This document shows, in pieces, positions 18,373 to 27,467 of a stretch of 64,000 nt of DNA. How positions within the stretch are numbered: position 1 is the first letter of the stretch; every line of letters begins with the position of its first letter. This DNA is from an uncultured Bacilli bacterium. GTDB lineage: Bacteria; Bacillota_I; Bacilli_A; Izemoplasmatales; UBA1188. The notes below the pieces were generated by a model, which was given only the letters and a program-made list of their open reading frames with translations, was not told the origin of the DNA and did no database searches. The translations under genes and the position numbers were made by a program. The DNA lies in NCBI GenBank assembly GCA_905235635.1, contig CAJOMC010000005.1, positions 14,264 through 78,263 of the forward strand, in the 5' to 3' direction.

Positions 18373-21300
18373 TATTAGATTAATTAACTGGCATTATTTT
18401 GATAATCAGACAATCCCAATCAAAAATAATACTTTACTTACGGGACAAAATGCTTCTGGTAAATCTACTATTCTCGATGCGATATCATTCGTATTAACCG
18501 CAGGAGATCAAAACTTTAACCTTGCGGCTAACGAAAAAGGCAAAAGAGATTTAAGAAGTTATTGTAAATGTAAACTCGGTTCACTTGATCAAGAATACTT
18601 AAGAGATTATGACCTATCAAGTCATATCTGTCTTGAATTCTTCTCTGAAAAACAAGAAAAATATTTCTGCCTAGGTGCAATTATTGATGTGACGGGCAAT
18701 GTCGCACCACCTAAGGTATTATTCTATATTATTGATTCACCACTCAAAGATGAATTCTTCTATTCAGAAGATGAAGAAATCTATAATATTCAAGAATTTA
18801 AGAAAAAGAGATTCACTCCATATATCTTCACCACAAGAAAAGAAGCTAAATCAGCATTTAGACAAAAGATGGGTGGTGTATCGGATAAATACTTTACACT
18901 CCTTCCAAAGGCTTTAGCTTTTAAGCCACTAACTGATGTTAAAGACTATATCTATAAACATCTTCTTGACGAAAAAGAAGTAAATGTAGAAAACATTAAA
19001 GACTCTATACGTTCATATAAGGACTTAGAAGCCATTCTTAAAGTGACAAAAAATAAAATCAAAGACCTTGAGACTATTAAGATATCATATGAAGAGCTTT
19101 CTAAACTTGAGGAAAATAAGAAGTTTTATGATTATGTTTTAAAAGACCTCACTTTAAAGAGCAAGCAAAATGAGATAAACGCTAAAACTAAGGATATTTC
19201 AGTACTAGAGAGAGAAAGAGAAGACTTAAGAAAGCAGATAAGAGATATTGATGAAAAGATAGCTAATTTAGATGATCAATCTAAAGCATTATATTCAACT
19301 CTTTCATCATCAAGTGAATTTAAAGCATCAGAACTTTATGATAAACAAATTGAATCACTTGATAGAGATATTCTCACTCTTACAGAAGAAAAACGTAAAT
19401 TTGACAGAAAGAAACTACAATATAGAGATACGGTTTTATTATTTAAAGAAAATGACAGTAATCTATATAATGAATTATCTAAGTTAGATTTAAACTTTGA
19501 AGATGAAGAATCTATTAAAGAAGCAATTATAGAAATTGATTCACTAAAGACTATAGTTGATCAAAAGAAAGCCCAACTTTCAAGAGAAGAAGGTATTATT
19601 CTAATAAAGAAAGATGAGGCAAAAGCTAAGGTTGAAGATGTATTCCAAAAACTTAAAACTTTATCTTCAAATGAAATTCCTTATAGAAAAGAAATCACAA
19701 TCTTAAGACAAAAGATGGAAGATTACCTAAAAGATTTATACAATGAATCAATTAGGGTTCATGTGCTCGCAGAAGTAATCGATGTAACCGATAAAACATG
19801 GCATAACACTATTGAGGACTTCCTTGCGAACCAAAGATTTGCGCTAATTGTTGACCCTAAATATTATGAAGATTGCCTGGATTGCTACCGCAAATATAAA
19901 TCAAATAATATCTATGGTGTGACACTTGTTGATACAAGAGAAGCTCTCAAGTTTAGAAACTATCAAGTAGGTTCTATCGCATCTATAATTGAAACTGATA
20001 ATCCAGATGCAAGAAACTACATTAACTATCTATGTGGCAATGTGATGATGGTTGATGATCCAAAAGATATAAGAAAGAAAGGTTATCAATCTGCACTTAC
20101 TGTTGATGGAATGCTATATAGAGGTCTTGGAATTAGATATTTAAACCCTAATACAGAAAAACCATTCATAGGTAGAAACGCAAGATCAGAACAAAGCTCA
20201 AGATATACTAGACTTGGTGAACAAGCAAAAGAAGAATTCCAAAATCTTTCAAAGAGACAATCTACTATTAAGGAATTACTTGATTTACTAGAATCTTTAA
20301 ACTTAGAAGATTTAAGAGTACTAGTTGCAAAAGTAATGGAATTAGATAGAGATAAGGTATTAATTGAAGAATTAAAAGAAAAGAAAAAGAGATTATCATT
20401 ATCATCACTTAATGATGTACGTGCTGAATATGAAAACCTAAAAGTTGAAATTAGAACTGAAGGCCAAAAACGTTCAACTAAAGAACAACTAATTGGTGCT
20501 AAGAACCAAGGTATTGAGTCATTAACTGAAGCAGTACTCCTATTAAATAATGAGATTAATGCATTATCGGCTGAAATATATAATATTGAAACTGAAAATA
20601 TCTCATATAAAAGTGATGCAGATAAAATCTATGACGAAGAAAGAAAATCTGGTAAGAAAGAAAAAGACATCTTTATTAATGTAGAAGCAATAATCAAGGA
20701 TCACCAACAAATTCATACTAATTATTTATCTAGATTAAGTATCGCAGAAGCTAATTATGCATCTAAATATAATAGACCATTCTCTACAGGCTTTGATGCC
20801 GCAAAAGATTACCTTGATGAACTCGATAAACTGGTTACTAGTGAATTAGTAAAATATGAAGGAAAGGTAAGAGAGGCTAGAGAAGAAGCTGAAAAACTAT
20901 TCAAGGAAGATTTCTTATCTAAACTTAAGAGTTATATCTTAGAAGCCCAAGACGAAATAGGAAAGATTAATGAAACCCTTAATAAGATTCAATTTGGTAG
21001 AGATAAATATGAATTTATTTTCCCTAAATCTAAAGAGTTTGGAGCTATCTATAATATGATTGTGGATGAAGGTGCAGGAGAACTTGGTTATACAATCTTC
21101 AGTATGGACTTTGAAGAAAAATATCAAAAAGAATTAGATGAACTCTTTGATCATTTATCTCAAGATGAAGAAAATTCTATGGGTGCATTAAATAAATACA
21201 CTGATTATAGAACTTATATGGACTATGATATCAAAGTTACATCTGGTCAAGATGTCTTCTACTTCTCAAATATTAATAAAGAAAAATCCGGTGGTGAAAC

Positions 21301-21592
21301 ACAAATTCCATTCTATGTGGCAATACTCGCATCATTCGTTAGATTATTCGATAAAGCACAAAAGAGTGGACTTGATGATTCAATCGGACTAATCCTCTTT
21401 GATGAGGTATTCGATAAGATGGATAACGCTAGAACTGATGCGATGATGGAATTCATCTCTAATCTAGATGTTCAAATCTTACTCGCTTGTCCTCCTCAAA
21501 AGATGGATTCACTCTCTAAACATACTGAGACATCAATCGCAGTAGTTAGAGAAGATAAACATGCTAGTTGTATCTCGATAAGAGACAAATAG
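18356..21592 (+). CDS. SMC-like ATPase (JetC/MksB-like)
   Basis: It has an N-terminal 'INWHYFDNQ...LLTGQNASGKSTILDA' (Walker A) followed by about 900 aa of heptad-rich sequence. The C terminus has 'KSGGETQIPFYV' (signature) and 'LILFDEVFDKMD' (Walker B). It overlaps the upstream gene by 17 nt. Confidence 0.8.
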   Translation: MKTLTNIRLINWHYFDNQTIPIKNNTLLTGQNASGKSTILDAISFVLTAGDQNFNLAANEKGKRDLRSYCKCKLGSLDQEYLRDYDLSSHICLEFFSEKQEKYFCLGAIIDVTGNVAPPKVLFYIIDSPLKDEFFYSEDEEIYNIQEFKKKRFTPYIFTTRKEAKSAFRQKMGGVSDKYFTLLPKALAFKPLTDVKDYIYKHLLDEKEVNVENIKDSIRSYKDLEAILKVTKNKIKDLETIKISYEELSKLEENKKFYDYVLKDLTLKSKQNEINAKTKDISVLEREREDLRKQIRDIDEKIANLDDQSKALYSTLSSSSEFKASELYDKQIESLDRDILTLTEEKRKFDRKKLQYRDTVLLFKENDSNLYNELSKLDLNFEDEESIKEAIIEIDSLKTIVDQKKAQLSREEGIILIKKDEAKAKVEDVFQKLKTLSSNEIPYRKEITILRQKMEDYLKDLYNESIRVHVLAEVIDVTDKTWHNTIEDFLANQRFALIVDPKYYEDCLDCYRKYKSNNIYGVTLVDTREALKFRNYQVGSIASIIETDNPDARNYINYLCGNVMMVDDPKDIRKKGYQSALTVDGMLYRGLGIRYLNPNTEKPFIGRNARSEQSSRYTRLGEQAKEEFQNLSKRQSTIKELLDLLESLNLEDLRVLVAKVMELDRDKVLIEELKEKKKRLSLSSLNDVRAEYENLKVEIRTEGQKRSTKEQLIGAKNQGIESLTEAVLLLNNEINALSAEIYNIETENISYKSDADKIYDEERKSGKKEKDIFINVEAIIKDHQQIHTNYLSRLSIAEANYASKYNRPFSTGFDAAKDYLDELDKLVTSELVKYEGKVREAREEAEKLFKEDFLSKLKSYILEAQDEIGKINETLNKIQFGRDKYEFIFPKSKEFGAIYNMIVDEGAGELGYTIFSMDFEEKYQKELDELFDHLSQDEENSMGALNKYTDYRTYMDYDIKVTSGQDVFYFSNINKEKSGGETQIPFYVAILASFVRLFDKAQKSGLDDSIGLILFDEVFDKMDNARTDAMMEFISNLDVQILLACPPQKMDSLSKHTETSIAVVREDKHASCISIRDK

Positions 21593-21608
21593 AATTCCCT
21601 TCCCTTGA

Positions 21609-21645
21609 GACAAGGAACTTTTAAAAAGTTTCTTGTCTTTTCTTT
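21609..21645 (+). terminator. Rho-independent terminator after the SMC-like gene
   Basis: A 12-bp stem (GACAAGGAACTT / AAGTTTCTTGTC, one G-U pair) has a 6-nt loop and is followed by TTTTCTTT. Confidence 0.8.
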
Positions 21646-21681
21646 ATTTAATTTTTTTATTTTAGATATAAAATAATAATT

Positions 21682-23067
21682 ATGAAAAAAGTAGTAGATT
21701 TAACTGAAGGTAATCTATTTAAAAAGATATTAATATTCGCACTTCCCATAATGGCATCTGGTATGCTTCAATTATTCTATAATGCCGCAGACTTAATTGT
21801 ATGCGGAAAGTTTGGCACGGAGCACGCTATTGCCGCTGTATCTTCTACTACTGCCCTCATCAATTTATTAGTAAATTCATTTGTGGGATTATCAGTTGGT
21901 TCAAACGCCCTTATGGCGAGATCTCTTGGAGAAAAGAATAATGAAAAAGGTAATAGAATTGCCTATACATCACTCATTATCGCATTAGTTGGTGGCGTCC
22001 TTGTAGGATCTTTTGGTTTTATATTCTGTAGGAAGTTTCTTGAATGGATGGGCACTACAAGTGATGTAATTGATTTATCTACCGAATATTTAAGAATATA
22101 TTTCTTAGGTACACCATTTTCATTCCTTTTTAACTTTGGCGCAGCTCTTTTAAGAGGTACTGGTGATTCAAGAAGACCGTCAATAGCGCTATTCTTAAGT
22201 GGTGGATTTAATATCGGATTAAACCTACTCCTTGTTGCGGTATTTAATATGGACGTTGAAGGAGTTGCGATTGCGACTATCGCATCACAGCTTATCTCTG
22301 CAGCAATAGTGTGGTTTATTATATTCACAAAGAGGACTCACTTCTTTACCTTCGAATTTAAGAATATTAAATTCTATTTTAATGAAGCTAAAGAAATATT
22401 TATTATTGGACTTCCGGTAGCACTTCAAGCTGCAACATTCTCTATATCTAATATACTAATTCAATCATCAGTTAATTCACTTGGTACTGATGTTGTATCA
22501 GGTAATGGAGCCGCAAACTCTATTGAAGGATTTATATTTGTCGCAATGGATTCTATAGGTCAAGCAACCCTCGCCTTTACAAGTGCGGCATATGGAGCCA
22601 AAAAGAAAGAAAATATTAAAACTATATTCAAATATTCTATCGTTCATGTTTTATTAATTTATTTGGCTGTATCTGGCCTTATCCTCATATTTAGAAAACC
22701 ACTATTATCTCTTTATTTATCTAATCCTGAAGCACTAATTTATGGTGAAGGAAAACTTGTGATATTTGCGACAACTTACATAACTTGTGGAATTATGAAC
22801 ATTACCGCAAACTCAATAAGAGGAATGAATCATTCTATTACACCTATGGTTGTGGTGCTCACAACTGTATGTGGTACAAGAATTCTATGGATATATACAC
22901 TATTTAAATTAGAGTATTTCCACAACCTAAATGGTTTATCATGGAGCTACCCTGTATCATGGATACTTGCGATAATAGTCGATTTAATTTTCTTTATCAT
23001 ATTCTATAAATATCTAAAGTTTAATAAAGAAGAAGCTGTCTCAGAACTTGAACCAAGCACAATATAA
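21682..23067 (+). CDS. MATE-family efflux transporter
   Basis: It is 461 aa with about 12 TM segments. It has the N-terminal 'L..G.L.KKIL.FALPIMASGMLQ..YNAADL' and 'RGTGDSRRP' motifs typical of MATE/NorM-like proteins. Confidence 0.85.
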   Translation: MKKVVDLTEGNLFKKILIFALPIMASGMLQLFYNAADLIVCGKFGTEHAIAAVSSTTALINLLVNSFVGLSVGSNALMARSLGEKNNEKGNRIAYTSLIIALVGGVLVGSFGFIFCRKFLEWMGTTSDVIDLSTEYLRIYFLGTPFSFLFNFGAALLRGTGDSRRPSIALFLSGGFNIGLNLLLVAVFNMDVEGVAIATIASQLISAAIVWFIIFTKRTHFFTFEFKNIKFYFNEAKEIFIIGLPVALQAATFSISNILIQSSVNSLGTDVVSGNGAANSIEGFIFVAMDSIGQATLAFTSAAYGAKKKENIKTIFKYSIVHVLLIYLAVSGLILIFRKPLLSLYLSNPEALIYGEGKLVIFATTYITCGIMNITANSIRGMNHSITPMVVVLTTVCGTRILWIYTLFKLEYFHNLNGLSWSYPVSWILAIIVDLIFFIIFYKYLKFNKEEAVSELEPSTI

Positions 23068-23203
23068 AAATATGTAAGAAGAATTAGAGACATGCTAATT
23101 CTTTCTATATGATTGTTTGTTCAACTATAAATAGAATTCTATCAATTTTCTAGTTAGTGTTTAATTAGTATAACATGACTATGATTAAGTTAGGGAGAAT
23201 AAT

Positions 23204-23722
23204 ATGGATAATATAAAAATAGGAAACTATATCAAAGATTTAAGAACCAAACAAGGATTAACTCAAAAAGACTTAGCTGATAAACTTAACATTAGCTTTC
23301 AAGCAGTATCTAAATGGGAAAAAGGTGAAACATTACCTGATACAGCATTACTTCTACCATTATCTAAAGTACTAAGTACTAGTGTAGATCTCATTCTAAA
23401 TGGTGGTGTATATATAAACAATGAAAGAAAGCTCTTGAGTGTAAAAGATGTCGTAATGGGTTTTGAACACTTAAAAGATGTGAGGAGATGCTTTGGAGAT
23501 AAGAGTTTATTCTACAAAGGAATTGTGAATGGAATAAGCTCAGAAATGAACTTCGATTTTGAAGATGGCATTAAAAACTATCCTGAGGTTATGTATACAG
23601 AAGTAATCCTTCAAGCGATTATTAATGAAAACAAAACAGTGAGTCCTGATGAAGTAAAAGAATATATTAAAAATCCAAGAATGATTGAAATCATCGAAAA
23701 GAAGTTAGAACAATTAAGTTAA
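23204..23722 (+). CDS. XRE-family helix-turn-helix transcriptional regulator
   Basis: It has the N-terminal HTH 'IGNYIKDLRTKQGLTQKDLADKLNISFQAVSKWEKGETLPD'. The C-terminal ~100 aa are unassigned. Confidence 0.8.
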   Translation: MDNIKIGNYIKDLRTKQGLTQKDLADKLNISFQAVSKWEKGETLPDTALLLPLSKVLSTSVDLILNGGVYINNERKLLSVKDVVMGFEHLKDVRRCFGDKSLFYKGIVNGISSEMNFDFEDGIKNYPEVMYTEVILQAIINENKTVSPDEVKEYIKNPRMIEIIEKKLEQLS

Positions 23723-23734
23723 TTAGAATTAAAA

Positions 23735-23770
23735 AACCGCTAAGACTTACTCTTAACGGTTATTTTATTT
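23735..23770. terminator. Bidirectional terminator between convergent genes
   Basis: AACCGCTAAGA / TCTTAACGGTT stem (one mismatch) with a 5-nt loop. An A-run lies upstream and a T-rich tract downstream. Confidence 0.7.
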
Positions 23771-23787
23771 AGATTAACGATTACTGG

Positions 23788-24759
23788 TTATTCTTTATTT
23801 TTAGCGTTTTTCTTGGCTAATCTATTATCTTTCTTAGCTTGCTTTTTTGCAGCTTTAGCTTCGAGTTTGTTTTTCTTCCATAACGCATTATGATCTAGTG
23901 GTACATCCTCATCAGCAAGTGGATCAAGTAGAACTTTTGGATTCTTTAATATTCTAAGTAGCATTCTAAATGAATTCGCAAAATAGTATCCATCGCAGAA
24001 TCTTTCATCTGATACAAAACTAATTGGCATTACAATCTTAGATGTAACTTCACCAGTTTCTTTATTAAGCGATAACACTTCCTTATCAACACCAGTAGAG
24101 AAGAACATACCTGTTGTACCAAAGTTATAGATATGATGGTGTAGTGGTGGAAGTTTAATTGACCTCATATCAGTGATAAAGAATGTGGTGTGGAATGGTG
24201 ATGCTTCAAGCACGCCTTTTGGTAGTGCACCAATCTTATCTAGGAACTTAACAAATGATACAAGCGGTATCGTGAAAAATGGTGATGCACTACAAATTGC
24301 ATCCGTTAACTTATCTGTCGCATTCTTCATTCCTTCATGCTTTACCTTTTTAAATTCAGTTTCCATTACATCAGCTATCTCTTGCAATGATTCTTTACCT
24401 GTAAAATGCATCTTGATTGATGTTTCATCAGATTCTTTGCCTCTCTTTAAAGATTTTTGAGCAACTATAGAGAAGGCAATGTCATTGTGTTGATAAATCT
24501 TTCTATTGAAGATGAACCTATTTAATGCTGGTCTTAAACAAATTACTCTTATAATTGATGCGGTTAAAATTTCTGTATATGAATAAACTCTTCCAGTTAA
24601 TTCTTTTTGTTCTTTAATGAATTCATTCCAAGGTTCTAGGTCAACTTCAAATTGATTCCAGTTCATTGCATCATTTCTTTTAGGCATTATCATTGGAATG
24701 ATATTATAAAATCCTTTTAAATGTTTAACTCTTTTTCCATCTGATCTATATCCGAACAT
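23788..24759 (-). CDS. CAT/E2-fold acyltransferase-like protein (2-oxoacid dehydrogenase acyltransferase catalytic-domain-like, no lipoyl domain)
   Basis: The C-terminal 'SFVSDERFCDGYYFANSFRMLLRILKNP' aligns with the E2 'DHRxxDG...F...L..lLE.P' block. It ends in a Lys/Ala-rich tail. Confidence 0.5.
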   Translation of the reverse strand: MFGYRSDGKRVKHLKGFYNIIPMIMPKRNDAMNWNQFEVDLEPWNEFIKEQKELTGRVYSYTEILTASIIRVICLRPALNRFIFNRKIYQHNDIAFSIVAQKSLKRGKESDETSIKMHFTGKESLQEIADVMETEFKKVKHEGMKNATDKLTDAICSASPFFTIPLVSFVKFLDKIGALPKGVLEASPFHTTFFITDMRSIKLPPLHHHIYNFGTTGMFFSTGVDKEVLSLNKETGEVTSKIVMPISFVSDERFCDGYYFANSFRMLLRILKNPKVLLDPLADEDVPLDHNALWKKNKLEAKAAKKQAKKDNRLAKKNAKNKE

Positions 24760-24972
24760 AAAATCTCTCCTTTATAAAAGTTATAAAACATTATACACTA
24801 TTTTATTAATTTATTTTATAAATATTATAACTAGAATATCTAATTTCAAGAGAATTACATAAAAAATACTTATAATAATCAAATTACTAGTTTTAGGTTA
24901 TCTATTTTTTTGCTATCTCTTTTAGCCATTTAACATAATATATGTTAAGATATTATTAATAGAGATATTTTT

Positions 24973-25533
24973 ATGAATAATAATAAAACAAGGATTGTGT
25001 CAGGTATATATAAGGGAAGAATACTTAGCTGCGTTTCTAATGACATTACAAGACCAACTACTGATAAGAATAAGGAAATGATTTTCAATACTCTTGGTCA
25101 GTATTTTTCTGGTGGTGTAGCGCTTGATTTATTCGGTGGCATTGGTTCTCTTGGAATAGAGGCTATTTCAAGAGGTGTTTCTTCATGCTACTTCAGTGAA
25201 ATTAATCCTGATACATTTAAAGTACTAAAATCTAATATTAAGAATCTAGGTATTGAAAATGCCACTATATTTGAAGGTGATTATAGGCATTTTTTAACTA
25301 AATATCAAAATATAAAATTTGATTTAGTTATGCTTGATCCACCATATAGAATCTATGAAGAAATAGATTTTATTTTAAGTTTTATGTTAAAGAAAAACAT
25401 GTTTAATAAAGGATGCGATATCTTACTTGAAATACCGAAAGAGAAGACATATGTTAATGATAATTTTAGATTATTAAAAGAGAAACATGGTGCCGCATCT
25501 AAATTCTTATTCTTAAAATATGAAGGTGAATAA
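24973..25533 (+). CDS. rsmD: 16S rRNA (guanine966-N2)-methyltransferase RsmD
   Basis: It has 'RPTTDK', 'DLFGGIGSLGIEAISRG' and 'DPPY'. Confidence 0.85.
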   Translation: MNNNKTRIVSGIYKGRILSCVSNDITRPTTDKNKEMIFNTLGQYFSGGVALDLFGGIGSLGIEAISRGVSSCYFSEINPDTFKVLKSNIKNLGIENATIFEGDYRHFLTKYQNIKFDLVMLDPPYRIYEEIDFILSFMLKKNMFNKGCDILLEIPKEKTYVNDNFRLLKEKHGAASKFLFLKYEGE

Positions 25534-25534
25534 T

Positions 25535-26029
25535 ATGAAAATTGGTTTATATCCTGGGTCTTTTGATCCGCTTACACTTGGTCATTTAGGCGTTATAAAA
25601 AAAGGCGCAAAACTATTTGATAAGCTATATGTTTGTATCTTAACTAACGCCGCAAAGAAGTCAATGTTTAGTGAAACAGATAGGCTAAACATGATTAAAC
25701 TTGCGCTTAAAGATATAAAGAATGTTGAAGTAGTGTGTGAAAATACACTTACTGTTGATGCATGTAAGAAATATGGTGCATCATTTATTTTAAGAGGATT
25801 AAGGTCGAGTGCGGACTTTGAGTTTGAATTTCAAACTAATAACGTAAATATAACACTTGCTCCAGAAATTGAAACTGTTTTTGTGATCACAAATATCAGT
25901 GAATCACATATTTCATCATCTATAGTAAAGGAACTAATATCTTATAATTCACCTGGATATAAGAAAATGGTGCCTTTGGAAATTTATAAATATATTGAAG
26001 ATTTAAGAAAAAAGGGGGACGAGATATAA
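25535..26029 (+). CDS. coaD: Phosphopantetheine adenylyltransferase
   Basis: It has 'YPGSFDPLTLGHLGVI' and 'RGLRSSADFE'. The preferred start is ATG 25535, after GAAGGTG; the tracked start at 25520 is an upstream alternative. Confidence 0.9.
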   Translation: MKIGLYPGSFDPLTLGHLGVIKKGAKLFDKLYVCILTNAAKKSMFSETDRLNMIKLALKDIKNVEVVCENTLTVDACKKYGASFILRGLRSSADFEFEFQTNNVNITLAPEIETVFVITNISESHISSSIVKELISYNSPGYKKMVPLEIYKYIEDLRKKGDEI

Positions 26030-26030
26030 T

Positions 26031-27467
26031 ATGACCTTTGATGTTTTAATTATTGGTTCAGGTATTATAGGCACAAGTATCGCAAGAGAATTATCTAAAT
26101 ATCAAGCTAATATTATCGTATTAGATAAAGAAAACGATGTATCTTGCGGAACTACTAAGGCAAATTCTGGAATAGTACACGCTGGTTTTGATGCTAAACC
26201 TGGATCAAAAAAAGCTTATTTTAATGTACGTGGTGCACGTATGTTTAAGGAACTACAAAAAGAACTAGATTTTCCTTATGAGGAAAACGGTGCTTTTGTT
26301 TTATCCTTTAGCGCGGATGGACACGACACATTACTAGAACTTTTAGATAGGGCTCAAAAGAATGGAGTTGATGGATGTAGTATCATTTCTGGAGATGAGG
26401 TGAGGAAACTTGAACCTAATGTATCAAAAGATGTGGTTGAAGCACTGTACGCTAAAACATCAGGTATTGTATCTCCATATGAAATGGCTATCGCTATGGC
26501 TGAAAATGCAGGTGCAAATGGCTGTAAATTTGAATTTAATAAAGATGTTATATCTTTAACAAAGAAAGAATCTTTATTTGAAGTAAAAACTAAGGATGGA
26601 TCAACTTATAGTGCGAAAGTGGTGGTTAACGCTTCCGGTGTTCATAGTGATGAAATCAATAATCTAATTTCAAATAATAAATACGAGATAAAGGGAAGAA
26701 AAGGAGAATATGTCTTATTAGATAAAGAATTCTCTTATATTTCTAATACAACTTTATTCCAACTCCCTACAAAAATGGGTAAGGGTATCCTTGTAACCCC
26801 AACTTGTCATCATAATATTTTAGTTGGGCCTACTGCCCTTGATACTGATGATAAAGATAACACTTGGACTACATTTGATGGTCTTTTTGAAGCGTTCACT
26901 AAAGGGTTACTTAGTGTACCAAGTCTTCCAAGAGGCGGTATTATCACTCAATTTAGTGGTATAAGAGCTCATGAATCACATGATGACTTTACTATAGAAT
27001 TCTCAAAAGATGTGAAAGGCCTTTATAACCTTATAGGTATTGAGTCTCCTGGTCTTGCATCTTCACCCGCAATAGCGTCTCATGCCGCAAAAGAAATCGC
27101 AGATTACTTAAAACTAAGTCCTAATCCTAACTTTAATCCAATAAGAAAAGGAATTAAGCATATTAGCCATATGACAAGTGAAGAACTAAAAGATGCGATA
27201 AAAGATAATCCATTATATGGACATGTTATCTGTAGATGTGAAGTTGTATCTGAAGCTGAAATAAGAGATGCAATTAGACGTTATCCAGGCGCAAAAGATC
27301 TTGATGGTGTTAAGCGTAGAGTTAGAGCTGGTATGGGAAGATGCCAAATGGGTTTCTGTACACCAAGAATAATGGAAATCTTAGCTGAAGAACTCAATCT
27401 TTCACTTGATGAAATAACAAAGAAAGGTGAAGGTTCTAAAATAGTAGTTGGAGGTATCAAGGAATGA
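26031..27467 (+). CDS. FAD-dependent oxidoreductase, anaerobic glycerol-3-phosphate dehydrogenase-like, with BFD-like [2Fe-2S] domain
   Basis: It has the N-terminal 'DVLIIGSGIIGTSIAREL' dinucleotide fold and the C-terminal 'ICRCEVVSEAEIRDAI...GMGRCQMGFC'. It lies in a cluster with glpK. Confidence 0.75.
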   Translation: MTFDVLIIGSGIIGTSIARELSKYQANIIVLDKENDVSCGTTKANSGIVHAGFDAKPGSKKAYFNVRGARMFKELQKELDFPYEENGAFVLSFSADGHDTLLELLDRAQKNGVDGCSIISGDEVRKLEPNVSKDVVEALYAKTSGIVSPYEMAIAMAENAGANGCKFEFNKDVISLTKKESLFEVKTKDGSTYSAKVVVNASGVHSDEINNLISNNKYEIKGRKGEYVLLDKEFSYISNTTLFQLPTKMGKGILVTPTCHHNILVGPTALDTDDKDNTWTTFDGLFEAFTKGLLSVPSLPRGGIITQFSGIRAHESHDDFTIEFSKDVKGLYNLIGIESPGLASSPAIASHAAKEIADYLKLSPNPNFNPIRKGIKHISHMTSEELKDAIKDNPLYGHVICRCEVVSEAEIRDAIRRYPGAKDLDGVKRRVRAGMGRCQMGFCTPRIMEILAEELNLSLDEITKKGEGSKIVVGGIKE

